From positions 6,792 through 70,791 of the forward strand of contig JAHWIP010000003.1 in NCBI GenBank assembly GCA_019322375.1: a DNA stretch of 64,000 nt, read 5' to 3'. This document shows, one piece after another, positions 16,806-26,359 of the stretch (position 1 is the first letter of the stretch; the number at the start of each line of letters is the position of its first letter). Source of the stretch: Candidatus Woesearchaeota archaeon (GTDB taxonomy: Archaea > Nanobdellota > Nanobdellia > Woesearchaeales > SM23-78). The translations under genes were made by a program, and so were the position numbers. A model generated the notes under the pieces. The model made no database searches, had not been told where the DNA came from, and worked only from the letters and a program-made list of their open reading frames with translations.

Positions 16806-16868
16806 CTAAATCTACCTCCCAATTTTTTTCCTTCTGCCAGGTAATTTTTATCATGAGCCGACCGGGCT

Positions 16869-17510
16869 TCACCTCAGCCTCATCTGCCTTAGCTTCAAAT
16901 ACTTCTTATCTGGTCTGAAGGCATAGGCTGTATGCTCATCAAAGTATCCACACATTATCCTGTTTAAGGGTATGCCTGTTCTTCTGCTCAGCATCAGGGC
17001 ATAGAAAAAGACCTGTGTAGAAGCATATTTTTCCTGCTCTGCTCTTGGCTTGTAATCCCAGACCCATACTTTGTCATTATCAATTCTTAGAACATCTATG
17101 TGTCCTGATAAAGGCTCTTTGCTCTGAAATAATTCCTCATGCTTCCTGCCCAGCTCATATGCTTTAAGCCAGATAGGAACCTCAACTCCTACAGTAGAGT
17201 TATCATAGCTTAGCATGAACACCTGAACATTGCTGTGGGCATTTGTGTATTTATTCCAGTCAAGCCCTTCTCTTGCCAGCATTGATACTTCGTGGTTGTC
17301 TATCTGCCTGGGCCTTATTCCTATATCAAACCTTAGCCTGCTTCCCCTGGGTCCTGCTAGAAAAGGCTCTTGAGGGCAGTTTTCAAAAACCCTGTTAAGG
17401 TAGGTGTGCAGAGGAGAGAGACCATTATCTCTGAGCAAGCCCAGCTTTGCCCTGTGCAGCCTGTAGTGATAATACCATCCATGGTCTAGAGAAACGTGTT
17501 GCAGCATCAT
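16869..17510 (-). CDS. PD-(D/E)XK (RecB/Cas4-like fold) nuclease superfamily protein
   Basis: GHIDVLRIDNDKVWVWDYKP (D...D-x-K) followed by TQVFFYALML (QxxxY-like). Confidence 0.5.
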   Translation of the reverse strand: MMLQHVSLDHGWYYHYRLHRAKLGLLRDNGLSPLHTYLNRVFENCPQEPFLAGPRGSRLRFDIGIRPRQIDNHEVSMLAREGLDWNKYTNAHSNVQVFMLSYDNSTVGVEVPIWLKAYELGRKHEELFQSKEPLSGHIDVLRIDNDKVWVWDYKPRAEQEKYASTQVFFYALMLSRRTGIPLNRIMCGYFDEHTAYAFRPDKKYLKLRQMRLR

Positions 17511-17554
17511 GATATATATGAAATTAATTAAAATAAAAATTTTTTGAAAAGAAT

Positions 17555-17764
17555 TTATCTTTTCTTCTTTCTAAGCATCCTCTCAATCTTGAGCTCTTCT
17601 GCTTCTATCTTTTTTTCCTCAGCAGCAATCTTCAACACAATCCTTTCAAGATTAAGGTCAATTTTGGCAATCCTTCTCTCCATTAAAACCAGAATCCTGA
17701 GGCTGTACACAATTGCTGCCAGTGTGCCAATAATGATTGCAAGTATCACAGTGTCCATTCCCAT
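17555..17764 (-). CDS. Small membrane-anchored coiled-coil protein
   Basis: 69 aa: an N-terminal hydrophobic helix followed by a charged heptad-like tail. Confidence 0.4.
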   Translation of the reverse strand: MGMDTVILAIIIGTLAAIVYSLRILVLMERRIAKIDLNLERIVLKIAAEEKKIEAEELKIERMLRKKKR

Positions 17765-17928
17765 TTTAAAATACCTCCACCTCTTTTTTATTAAATGTCT
17801 CTTGTTTTAACTTATCTTACGAGGTTTAAATATTTTTTCTTTTTTTGGCGTTACGTCCAGATGAATATCAAAACCTTTATATATTCCTGCCTCTTTATCT
17901 TCTTCATAAATGATTAAAGGTGGTATGA

Positions 17929-18195
17929 ATGCTTAAGATGAAAAGAATATCTGAAACCTTTGAAATGAGAGTTTTTACTGATACTGGTGATTATTTTGGT
18001 GATGTGGAAGAAGCTATTCTGACTCAGAACAAGGTGTTTGGCTGGAGAGTGAGAGCTACCAAGAACAGTTTCTTGAACAAAGTCCTGGGTAGTGCCAAAG
18101 GCGTTATTGTGCCTCACCAGCTGGTAAAAAGCATTGGCGACATAATGATTATTAACAAGTCAGCAGTGCCAAGCTATGGGCCAGAGGAAGAATAA
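17929..18195 (+). CDS. PRC-barrel domain protein
   Basis: AAAGGTGG upstream. VFTDTGDYFGDVEEAIL...GVIVPHQLVKSIGDIMII is typical of small archaeal PRC-barrel proteins. Confidence 0.55.
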   Translation: MLKMKRISETFEMRVFTDTGDYFGDVEEAILTQNKVFGWRVRATKNSFLNKVLGSAKGVIVPHQLVKSIGDIMIINKSAVPSYGPEEE

Positions 18196-18227
18196 ATTTT
18201 TTATTTATCTTATTTCTCTTGTTTTTT

Positions 18228-19388
18228 TTAAATTATGTGCTCTATTTCATGCACCTGCATTAGCTTGCTCTTAGTATAATTCTTTTCCAGTGCTTTCATC
18301 CTTTCGTATAGTGTTGTTAAGCAGATAAATTTCTGGTCTTCTTCTTTTTTCAAATGGTACTGCGGGGTGAATGGAAACTCTTCTAGAACTCTGAGATTGT
18401 TTTCAAGCCCATAGTAAAAAATAACCAGCTCTCCAATATTCCCTTCTAATGATGTCCATTTTTTTAAAGAAAATTCTAAGGTTGGCTTATAATCTTCAAG
18501 AAGCCGGATATAATTCTCTGGCCTGGCAATAACAGGCAGTTCTGTGCTTCCTTTTGGTTTTTGTTTCTGTGGAATTTTAAACAAGCGGTGGATTGTTTTT
18601 CCAGCCTGTCTTCTTGACTGGGGAATGCTTATTACTCTGTAAAGCAGTTTTGAGAATTGTTCCCAGTATAATTGTTTTTCTTTTGGCATTTTTTTCTTTG
18701 TTATGCCTGTTCTTTTGGCCATCTCTTTTTTTACAGGCTCTATTGTTTCCTCTGTTACTTCATCATAAAATCGGCTTGCTAGGTACCATAATTTTGCGCT
18801 TCCAGGTTTTTCTATATCAAAATCTTTTGCTATGTTTGCAGGTATAACCAGTTCTTCAAGTTTCATTTCTTTCATTTCTTTTGGAGAAATAATTTTTTCT
18901 ATTTCATTTGTCACTCTTAGATCTGTTGCATTTGAAACATATCCCAGCATATTGGTCATTAGGCATTTCCATTCAAGAAAAGGCGCTTTTTCTAATGTTT
19001 TTTTGCCTCTTCTTGTAACTTCTATTTCATAGGTTCTCATGACGTTCATTTCAACTCCTTGCTTCCAAAGGTCGGTCATGTGTTTTACAAATATGGACAT
19101 TTCATCAAATACATCCTGATATTTTGGGTTTATTACCTGCACATCTGTTACTAATCCAAAACTGATTCCATCCAGGCTAAAGTCTTTTGGTCTTATTGGT
19201 GATTCTTTTGGAAGGTGTTTATCATCATACCCTGTTTTTGCTTTTAGCTGTGCTGTGCCTAAATCTATTATTCCTTCTTTTATATCAGAAAGAACATCTC
19301 TGTCTGCCCTTACCCTTTCTTTGGTTGCTTTTTCCCCCATTTCCTCATAAGCTTGGGGTTTTACCAGAATTGCATGTTCTAAATTCAT
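18228..19388 (-). CDS. Hypothetical protein
   Basis: 386-aa ORF with lysine/glutamate-rich coding style like its neighbours. No motif recognised. Confidence 0.5.
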   Translation of the reverse strand: MNLEHAILVKPQAYEEMGEKATKERVRADRDVLSDIKEGIIDLGTAQLKAKTGYDDKHLPKESPIRPKDFSLDGISFGLVTDVQVINPKYQDVFDEMSIFVKHMTDLWKQGVEMNVMRTYEIEVTRRGKKTLEKAPFLEWKCLMTNMLGYVSNATDLRVTNEIEKIISPKEMKEMKLEELVIPANIAKDFDIEKPGSAKLWYLASRFYDEVTEETIEPVKKEMAKRTGITKKKMPKEKQLYWEQFSKLLYRVISIPQSRRQAGKTIHRLFKIPQKQKPKGSTELPVIARPENYIRLLEDYKPTLEFSLKKWTSLEGNIGELVIFYYGLENNLRVLEEFPFTPQYHLKKEEDQKFICLTTLYERMKALEKNYTKSKLMQVHEIEHII

Positions 19389-19569
19389 TTTAACTACCTC
19401 TTCTTTGGTTAGGTCTAACCTTTTATCATATCCTCCTAATCATTTCTCAAAGTCTTTTAGGTAATACTGTAATTTTTATTAAACTATCTAATCTATTTAA
19501 ATTTTTGAGGTGATAAACTTCACCACACTATTCAAAAGCTTTTTAAACCAAGTCCTCTTTCTGAGCAGT

Positions 19570-20289
19570 ATGAACCAGCACTTCCTGGAACAAGCAGGAT
19601 TAACATCAACAGAAGCAAAAATATACCTGTGCCTGCTGGAAAAAGGCTCAATAAGAGCAGGAGAGATATCAACACACACAGGCATACACAGGAGAAGCGT
19701 GTATGACTCTGTTGAACGCCTGATACAAAAAGGCCTGGCATCGTATATAAAAACTAACAACAGAAGGTATTACAAGGCAGCTGACCCTGAGAAGCTGCTG
19801 GAACTGCTCAAAGAAAAACAAGACAACATAAAGCAGATAATGCCAGAGCTAGAACTCCTGAGAAAATATTCAGAAGAAAAAAAAGAAACTGTTTTTTTCA
19901 GGGGCAAACAAGCCATAAAAACAGTTTTTGACGACCAGATAAAAGCAGGCAAGGAAATACTGGTGTTTGGAGACGCAGTTAATGTAAACGAGATAATAAA
20001 ATACTATTTCCTGCACTTTGACAAGCAAAGAATAGACAAGAAGATAAGAGTAAAAATGCTTTTTGATGAGAGCGCAAGAAAAGAAAAATACCTGAAAAAA
20101 ATCCCCTTGGCAGAGATAAGATTCATAAAAAAAGGAAGCAAAGCATCCACATCAACAAACATATACGGCGATAAAGTGTCCATAATCATGTGGGAAAAGA
20201 ATCCCAAAGCTATATTAATAAAAGAAGCCTCCCTGGCCCAGAGCTTTAAAAGCTATTTTGAATTCATGTGGGGGTTTGCAAGGAAATGA
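19570..20289 (+). CDS. TrmB-family transcriptional regulator
   Basis: ATG 19570 gives MNQHFLEQAGLTSTEAKIYLCLLEKGSIRAGEISTHTGIHRRSVYDSVERLIQKGL, the TrmB N-terminal wHTH. Confidence 0.75.
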   Translation: MNQHFLEQAGLTSTEAKIYLCLLEKGSIRAGEISTHTGIHRRSVYDSVERLIQKGLASYIKTNNRRYYKAADPEKLLELLKEKQDNIKQIMPELELLRKYSEEKKETVFFRGKQAIKTVFDDQIKAGKEILVFGDAVNVNEIIKYYFLHFDKQRIDKKIRVKMLFDESARKEKYLKKIPLAEIRFIKKGSKASTSTNIYGDKVSIIMWEKNPKAILIKEASLAQSFKSYFEFMWGFARK

Positions 20290-21788
20290 AAAAACCCAAA
20301 AACGGAAAAAAGAAATTTTCAAGAGAATACTTCTTTGTAATCCTGCTCTTCCTGATAATCCTGGGTGCAAGGCTCTTTATTACTTTAAATGAGCCAGGCT
20401 TTGAATATGATGCTTATGATGCTCTTAGGCAGGCAGAGCATATAAAACAAACAGGGCTTCCATTATTCCAGGACTCTCTTAGTTACTCTGGCAGAATCCT
20501 GGTCTTTCCTCCGTTTTTCTATTACTTGCTGGCTGGTTTTAGCTTTATCCTTCCTTTGACCCTTGTTGCCAAGCTAATACCCAGCATTGCATTCTCTGCT
20601 TTGGTCATAGTGATATATCTCATAGCAAAGCATATTACCAAGAACAGAACAGCTGCTTTTATTGCAGCATTGTTTTCAGGCTTTGTGCCTGTACTGTACA
20701 CCACTCTTAACCAGGTGTCTGTTTATTCATTAAGCCTTTTGCTCATCTTTCTTCTTAGCTATGCATTTCTACGCATAGAGGAAAAAGGCTTTGTAATTCT
20801 GAGCATAGTTTTAACAGCAGTACTATTACTAACCCACACCTCTATTTTTGTTCTGCTCATAAGCTTTCTGGTATATTTCCTTATCTTAAGGCTTGAAAAG
20901 CAAAAACTTAGCATAAAAGAAGTTGAGACAACCCTGTTCCTGTTTTTTCTAGCCCTTTGGTTAAATATTTTATTATATAAAAAAGCCTTTTTTTTACATG
21001 GGATAAGCTTTATACGGCAGAACATTCCTGCGCCCTTGTTATCTGCTTATTTTATGGATATAAGCTTTTTAGGGGTGATATATGCTGTTGGACTAATCCC
21101 TCTTCTGCTTGGAGTGTATGCTGTTTATCATGTTCTCTTTAAAACCAGGAGCAGAGCAGCAACCCTGTTCATCAGTTTTGCTCTTGTCTCTTTCATTATG
21201 CTCTGGCTTAAACTAATACCTTTTAGAGCAGGCTTATTGTTCCTAAGCCTAAACCTCATAATCCTTTCTGCTTATTCAATAAAGATAATTCTGGTCAGCA
21301 TAAGCAAAACAAGAATGCCCCGCTTGTCAATAATAGCAATAACCTTTATTATAATCCTTTTTGTGCTAACAACTGCAACTCCTTTTGTTTCCACCCTGAC
21401 CATCCACAGACCCCCTGCCGAGGATATTAAGGCTTTGGAATGGATTAAGGAGAACACACATGAAGATGATATTGTTCTTGGCAGAGTTGAAGAAGGCTTT
21501 TTAATTAATTATATAGCAGAAAGAAAGAATGTTGCTGATTCCAACTTCTTATTTATCAAGAATATTAATCAAAGATACGAGGATGTTAATCATTTGTTTA
21601 CTCTGAGACTAAAATCAGAAGCTGTCAGGCTTATTAACAAGTATGACATTGATTACATCTTTTTATCAACTCGGAGCATGGATGAATACAGCATGGCTGA
21701 GCTCTTTTATGCAGAGGAGGACTGCCTTGAACTGGTTTATGACAAGGATGCCCTTATATACGAGTTCCTGAGGTGCAATATAGAATGA
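20286..21788 (+). CDS. Polytopic GT-C-type membrane glycosyltransferase-like protein (PMT/ArnT-like)
   Basis: More than ten hydrophobic helices plus a C-terminal soluble domain. ATGA overlap with the trmB-like stop. No WWDYG motif seen, so not called AglB. Confidence 0.45.
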   Translation: MKKPKNGKKKFSREYFFVILLFLIILGARLFITLNEPGFEYDAYDALRQAEHIKQTGLPLFQDSLSYSGRILVFPPFFYYLLAGFSFILPLTLVAKLIPSIAFSALVIVIYLIAKHITKNRTAAFIAALFSGFVPVLYTTLNQVSVYSLSLLLIFLLSYAFLRIEEKGFVILSIVLTAVLLLTHTSIFVLLISFLVYFLILRLEKQKLSIKEVETTLFLFFLALWLNILLYKKAFFLHGISFIRQNIPAPLLSAYFMDISFLGVIYAVGLIPLLLGVYAVYHVLFKTRSRAATLFISFALVSFIMLWLKLIPFRAGLLFLSLNLIILSAYSIKIILVSISKTRMPRLSIIAITFIIILFVLTTATPFVSTLTIHRPPAEDIKALEWIKENTHEDDIVLGRVEEGFLINYIAERKNVADSNFLFIKNINQRYEDVNHLFTLRLKSEAVRLINKYDIDYIFLSTRSMDEYSMAELFYAEEDCLELVYDKDALIYEFLRCNIE

Positions 21789-23254
21789 AAAAATCAGCTG
21801 ATAATAAAACCATTCAGACTGAAAGAACAATAAAGAACAAGCACAGGATATTAATCTTTGCATTAGTATTGCTGGTCATTGTATTGTCACTGGTAATCAT
21901 TATACGTCTTAAACAGCACCAGCCAATTTTCCCGGCAGGCGAGTCTTATTATAATCTTAGGATGGCGCAAGCCTTGAAATCTGATTTCTTGTTAACCAAG
22001 GACCCTGTCCAGGGAACCCTTTATGAACCCAACCCTTACCACTACTTGCTGGCCCTGCTGTTATTTTTATTCCCTGTTGAAATAGTATCCTTGTTCCTCC
22101 CATTAATCCTAGGAGTGGTTTGCGCAGCCCTTTTCTATAAATTACTCTTATTAATCAGGGTTAAGCAGAAGATGGCAGCTTTTTCCCTTATAATATTGTC
22201 AGTTACTCCTGCTTTTATCAGTTTGTTCACCGGGGTATACATGCCTGGCTTTGTAATCTTTGTGAGCCTGCTCATTCTTGTGCTTTCTCTTAATAAGAGG
22301 CATGCTTATCAGGCTCTGTGTGTTTTGTTATTCATACTCCTGGCTTTAACCAGCCTGACAGGTTTTGTTATAACCTTGCTAATACTATTATTTCTTTGCC
22401 TGGTTCTTAAGAGGAAAGTCAAAGTCTTTTATGTTCCTTTAATAATTTCAGGCCTGCTGATTGCTCTCTTAACCATTTTCTCAAATCATACTAATTATAC
22501 TCCCAGGATGCTTGGGTTTCATGGGTTTGCTTTTAAGAGCATATTATCGGTTCTGCAGGCAACTCTTGGGTTTGACTTGTTTCTTATTCTTTTGTTCTGC
22601 TCTGGCTTTGTCATTGTATGGATTAAGGCAAAGGAAAAAAAACTGTTTCACCTGCCAGTCCTGCTTTTTGTAATTCTCTCTTTTTTTAACATCATTGCAA
22701 GGGCTTATGCTAGTGTTATAATAACTGTTTACTGTGTTAGTGCAATAACTTATTTTTATAACAGGAAATGGGACTTAAAGGTTATCAGAACAGGCACTTT
22801 GCTCTTGGTATTCTGCAGCCTGGTATTCTCAGTTCTGAACCAGGTCAACATACTCTCAGCTGCTCAGCCAGATATAGAAATGGAAAAGGCTCTTTTATTT
22901 CTCAGAGATTTGGATGAGGGCAGGGTTTTAACTGTTGAAGAAAACGGCTTTTTAGTTGAGTTTTACTCTGGGAAAAAAGTACTGCTTGACTCAAATTCAT
23001 TCATGTATTCAGATTATCCTGTGTTAAAAAAAGATTCAGATGATTTATTCAGTGCTACAAGGCTTAAGGAAGCAGAGCCTTTGCTTGAAAAGCATGATTT
23101 GCATTATATATTGATAACCCCTGCTATGAAGGAAGAGTTATGGGAGGGCCGTGAGCAGGAACTCTGGTTCCTGGTCATGCACAGCGAGAGCTTTACCAAG
23201 AAGTATGATAAGCAGGATGTGGAGATATGGGAATACACATCAACACCTGTTTAG
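21785..23254 (+). CDS. Second polytopic GT-C-type membrane glycosyltransferase-like protein
   Basis: Same architecture as 20286-21788. ATGA start/stop overlap with the upstream gene. Confidence 0.45.
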   Translation: MKKSADNKTIQTERTIKNKHRILIFALVLLVIVLSLVIIIRLKQHQPIFPAGESYYNLRMAQALKSDFLLTKDPVQGTLYEPNPYHYLLALLLFLFPVEIVSLFLPLILGVVCAALFYKLLLLIRVKQKMAAFSLIILSVTPAFISLFTGVYMPGFVIFVSLLILVLSLNKRHAYQALCVLLFILLALTSLTGFVITLLILLFLCLVLKRKVKVFYVPLIISGLLIALLTIFSNHTNYTPRMLGFHGFAFKSILSVLQATLGFDLFLILLFCSGFVIVWIKAKEKKLFHLPVLLFVILSFFNIIARAYASVIITVYCVSAITYFYNRKWDLKVIRTGTLLLVFCSLVFSVLNQVNILSAAQPDIEMEKALLFLRDLDEGRVLTVEENGFLVEFYSGKKVLLDSNSFMYSDYPVLKKDSDDLFSATRLKEAEPLLEKHDLHYILITPAMKEELWEGREQELWFLVMHSESFTKKYDKQDVEIWEYTSTPV

Positions 23255-23267
23255 AGGAGGATTGTTA

Positions 23268-24530
23268 ATGCTGGAATTCGGAGAGGTCCTGATATCTGTA
23301 ATTGCTTTTGTTAGTTTGTACACTGCTATTTTCTTTATAATTACTCTTCTTGAGCATAAAAACAACATCACCAGGCCAGAGCATCGCTTAAAAAATCCTT
23401 TTGTGTGCATAATTGTTCCTTGCTATAATGAAGAAGCAACTCTTGCAAAAACTCTTGACTCGCTTTTAAAACTTGATTATCCAAGAAATAAATTGGATAT
23501 ACTTGTTGTTGATGACGGCTCAACAGATAATACTTACAAAGTTGCAAAGAAGTATGTTTCAAAAGGCATAAGAGTATTTAGAAAAAAAAATGAAGGAAAA
23601 TACACTGCTCTTAACCTTGGGCTTTCAAAAACCAAAGCAGAGTTTGTAGGGGCGCTTGATGCTGATTCATTTGTCCATCCCAAAGCGCTTAAAAGAATAA
23701 TTGCTTATTTTGATAATCCAAAAGTAATGGCAGTAACCCCGTCTTTAAGAGTTTACAAGCCCAAAAAATTAATTCAAAAAATCCAGATGATTGAATATGC
23801 TTTTGGCATCTTTTTTAGAAAGATGTATTCGTTAATCGGGAGTGTGCATGTAACTCCAGGTCCTCTTTCAATTTACAGGAAAAGCTTTTTTGACAAGCAC
23901 GGCATTTACAAAAAAGCTCACTTAACAGAAGATATTGAAATGGCTCTTAGAATTCAGTCTCATAATTACCTTATTGAGAATGCAGTCAATGCATATGTTT
24001 TTACTGTCAGCCCCCAGAACTTCAGGGACCTTTATAACCAGCGAAAAAGGTGGTACAATGGTTTTTTAAAAAACATAATAGATTATAAGCACATGATGTT
24101 CTCAAAAAGGCATGGCAATCTGGGGATGTACACCCTTCCTCTTGCATTTATCTCGATAGGGCTTCTAATAGTTACCTTAAGTTATGTGGTTTACAAATTT
24201 GTAAAAGGAACATGGGATAATTATCTGTATGCAAGAGCAGTTGACTTTGACATTTTCAGATTTAATTTTGACTTTGACCTGTTCTTGGTAAACGTGAACA
24301 CAGCCATTATACTGGGATTAATAACAATATTAATAGGAGTGGTGCTCTTTATCCTCTCTGTCAAGTATTCAGAAGAAAAAAAGAAAATAGTTTTTTCATA
24401 CATAATATACACTCTTACGTATGCCTTTTTTTTTGGTTTTTGGTGGCTTGCTGTGATTTTTAATAATATAATCGGAAGAAAGGTTGTTTGGAAACCCAAA
24501 AAAGCAATTGATAAGAAATCAATTACCTGA
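23268..24530 (+). CDS. Family-2 glycosyltransferase, processive beta-glycan-synthase type
   Basis: GAGGAGG lies upstream of ATG 23268. Motifs VVDDGSTDNT, DADS and QRKRWYNG (QxxRW), with N- and C-terminal TM helices. Confidence 0.75.
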   Translation: MLEFGEVLISVIAFVSLYTAIFFIITLLEHKNNITRPEHRLKNPFVCIIVPCYNEEATLAKTLDSLLKLDYPRNKLDILVVDDGSTDNTYKVAKKYVSKGIRVFRKKNEGKYTALNLGLSKTKAEFVGALDADSFVHPKALKRIIAYFDNPKVMAVTPSLRVYKPKKLIQKIQMIEYAFGIFFRKMYSLIGSVHVTPGPLSIYRKSFFDKHGIYKKAHLTEDIEMALRIQSHNYLIENAVNAYVFTVSPQNFRDLYNQRKRWYNGFLKNIIDYKHMMFSKRHGNLGMYTLPLAFISIGLLIVTLSYVVYKFVKGTWDNYLYARAVDFDIFRFNFDFDLFLVNVNTAIILGLITILIGVVLFILSVKYSEEKKKIVFSYIIYTLTYAFFFGFWWLAVIFNNIIGRKVVWKPKKAIDKKSIT

Positions 24531-24608
24531 CCTTACCTGATATTGCCTGACAGTTGGTGGCTGTTCAATAGAAAATATTTATAAAAAGAACCGGTTTTGT
24601 GTGTTAAG

Positions 24609-25319
24609 ATGGCAAAGAAAAAACATCCCAGAAATATTGATTTACAAAAATATGTTCTGGTATTAGCACTTACAATAATTATCTTTGGCTCAGGAGTGGC
24701 GCTTGGTAACTGGGTTGCTTCAAAAAAATTCACAAGCGTGGAAAACCTGGGCCAGGAACTGAGAACAGACATTATTGCCCTTGAGCTCCAGCAGGACCTT
24801 ATAGAAGCTGACCCTTGCAGGGAAACAGGCCTGGGCCCTCTTTCACAGCAACTTTACACCCTGGGCACAAGGCTGGATTTTATGGAGAGCCGGCTTGGGA
24901 CTAATAACGAGGAGGTTATACGCTTAAAACAGTATTATTCATTAATTGAGATAAGGCACTGGCTTTTTATGAGAGAGATTAACCAGGGATGCAACCAGAG
25001 CAATGTGTTAATACTCTATTTTTATTCCAACCTGAACGACTGTTCTAAGTGCGAGGAGCAAGGATATGTTTTGTCTTATCTTCACAAAAAGCATCCTGAT
25101 GTTATGATTTACTCTTTTGACAAGAACATGAATAATCCTGCTCTTGACACTATCAAAGAAGAATTTAATATCCATCAAGCCCCTACTATTGTGATTAACA
25201 CTGATGCTTATCCTGGCTATCAGAGCAGGAACTTTATAGAAAGAATGATAAGCTATTACCAGGGAGAAGAAGAACGAGAAGAAGAAGCTGTTGAACAGCA
25301 GGAGCAGCAAGAACAATAG
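24609..25319 (+). CDS. Membrane-anchored thioredoxin-fold protein with a CxxC motif
   Basis: N-terminal anchor VLVLALTIIIFGSGVALG. VLILYFYSNLNDCSKCEEQG ... APTIVIN is a Trx-like pattern. Acidic C-terminal tail. Confidence 0.6.
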   Translation: MAKKKHPRNIDLQKYVLVLALTIIIFGSGVALGNWVASKKFTSVENLGQELRTDIIALELQQDLIEADPCRETGLGPLSQQLYTLGTRLDFMESRLGTNNEEVIRLKQYYSLIEIRHWLFMREINQGCNQSNVLILYFYSNLNDCSKCEEQGYVLSYLHKKHPDVMIYSFDKNMNNPALDTIKEEFNIHQAPTIVINTDAYPGYQSRNFIERMISYYQGEEEREEEAVEQQEQQEQ

Positions 25320-25329
25320 AAACTTTTAT

Positions 25330-25815
25330 TCATTTTATGTTTATCAAGTCACCAATGGTTATATCCCCTGACAAACCCTTTTTCTTACTGCTGATTCCTG
25401 GATCATCAAGCTCAACTTCTTCTATCACTTTTATTCTTAAGAATTTCTCAAGCTTTCTGGCTAAAGGAATGCCTGGCTTTATTCTCCCAGACTCAAGCTT
25501 GTGAATAACACTCTCTTTTTCAGCAATCTTTTTAGCAAGCTCTTTTTGCTTTAACCCTAGTTTTTCCCTTTTTTTCTTAATTAATCCTGGGTAAGTAGAA
25601 GTGATAATCTGCACTGTTTCAGATTCTTTCTTAGGCTTGATATCCATGTGCTCAAACATGCCTTGTTTTTTCTTCTTGCTTTTCTTAACAGGCTCTTCCC
25701 TCTTAAGCCTGGCAATAATCCTGCCATAAGAAGAACATTTCTCGCAAACATTTAATCTGGAACCTTCTAATTCAATCCTATAAACACTTTCAGGAGAAGA
25801 ACACATGTCGCACAT
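25330..25815 (-). CDS. Archaeal multiprotein-bridging factor 1 (aMBF1): Zn-ribbon plus HTH
   Basis: CDMCSS...CEKCSSYG zinc ribbon, then KKKREKLGLKQKELAKKIAEKESVIHKLESGRIKP (cro/C1-type HTH). Confidence 0.8.
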   Translation of the reverse strand: MCDMCSSPESVYRIELEGSRLNVCEKCSSYGRIIARLKREEPVKKSKKKKQGMFEHMDIKPKKESETVQIITSTYPGLIKKKREKLGLKQKELAKKIAEKESVIHKLESGRIKPGIPLARKLEKFLRIKVIEEVELDDPGISSKKKGLSGDITIGDLINIK

Positions 25816-25877
25816 GCTATCACCCCACTTACAGGTATCATGGCTTGAGCCATATATAAAATTATTGGTAGTTAGTT

Positions 25878-26279
25878 CTATATATATTCAAGTAATTTAT
25901 TAATTTGGTGTTTATAAACATGGTTGTTCGGTAGCTTTCCAAACATTTCTTCTAAAGCATCTAACGAAACCCATTTTAATGCACTAATTTCATCTTTTTT
26001 TCTACTTTCTTTTCCTCTGCTTACTTTAGCATGATAATCAAATCTTTCAAGAATATCTCCTTTGGAGCCTGAATGAAAATAATGATCAAGTAATTTAACA
26101 ATTTCAATTAAATATCCTGTTTCTTCCTTTATACCTCTTTTAATTCCTTCTTCTGGTGTTTCCGCAGGTTTAATTGTTTCTGATGGAATTTTCCATTTTT
26201 TAGAATCTATTTCTTTAACTAATAGATATTCTCCTTTATTATTTTCAACAAAGGCACTGCTTATTATGACTTTATTCAT
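25878..26279 (-). CDS. Nudix hydrolase
   Basis: The Nudix-box-like stretch ETPEEGIKRGIKEETGY supplies the REx2EEtG core. I could not place the leading Gly of the full GX5EX7REUXEEXGU box. Confidence 0.7.
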   Translation of the reverse strand: MNKVIISSAFVENNKGEYLLVKEIDSKKWKIPSETIKPAETPEEGIKRGIKEETGYLIEIVKLLDHYFHSGSKGDILERFDYHAKVSRGKESRKKDEISALKWVSLDALEEMFGKLPNNHVYKHQINKLLEYI

Positions 26280-26359
26280 AAAAACCTAAGAACAAGGCGC
26301 CATATTTAAATTTTACTATTATGAAGTAATAAATTAATTTGTTATTGAATACAACGTAT

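Noticed and set aside
16602-16866. 10-nt direct repeat gccgaccggg (16602-16611 and 16857-16866) flanking the 59-aa ORF; considered as att sites or tRNA 3'-end fragments
   Set aside because: It is too short to be significant on its own. No T-arm or acceptor structure adjoins either copy, and no recombinase is nearby. Each copy lies just after a minus-strand stop codon, so it may be a small shared 3'-end motif.
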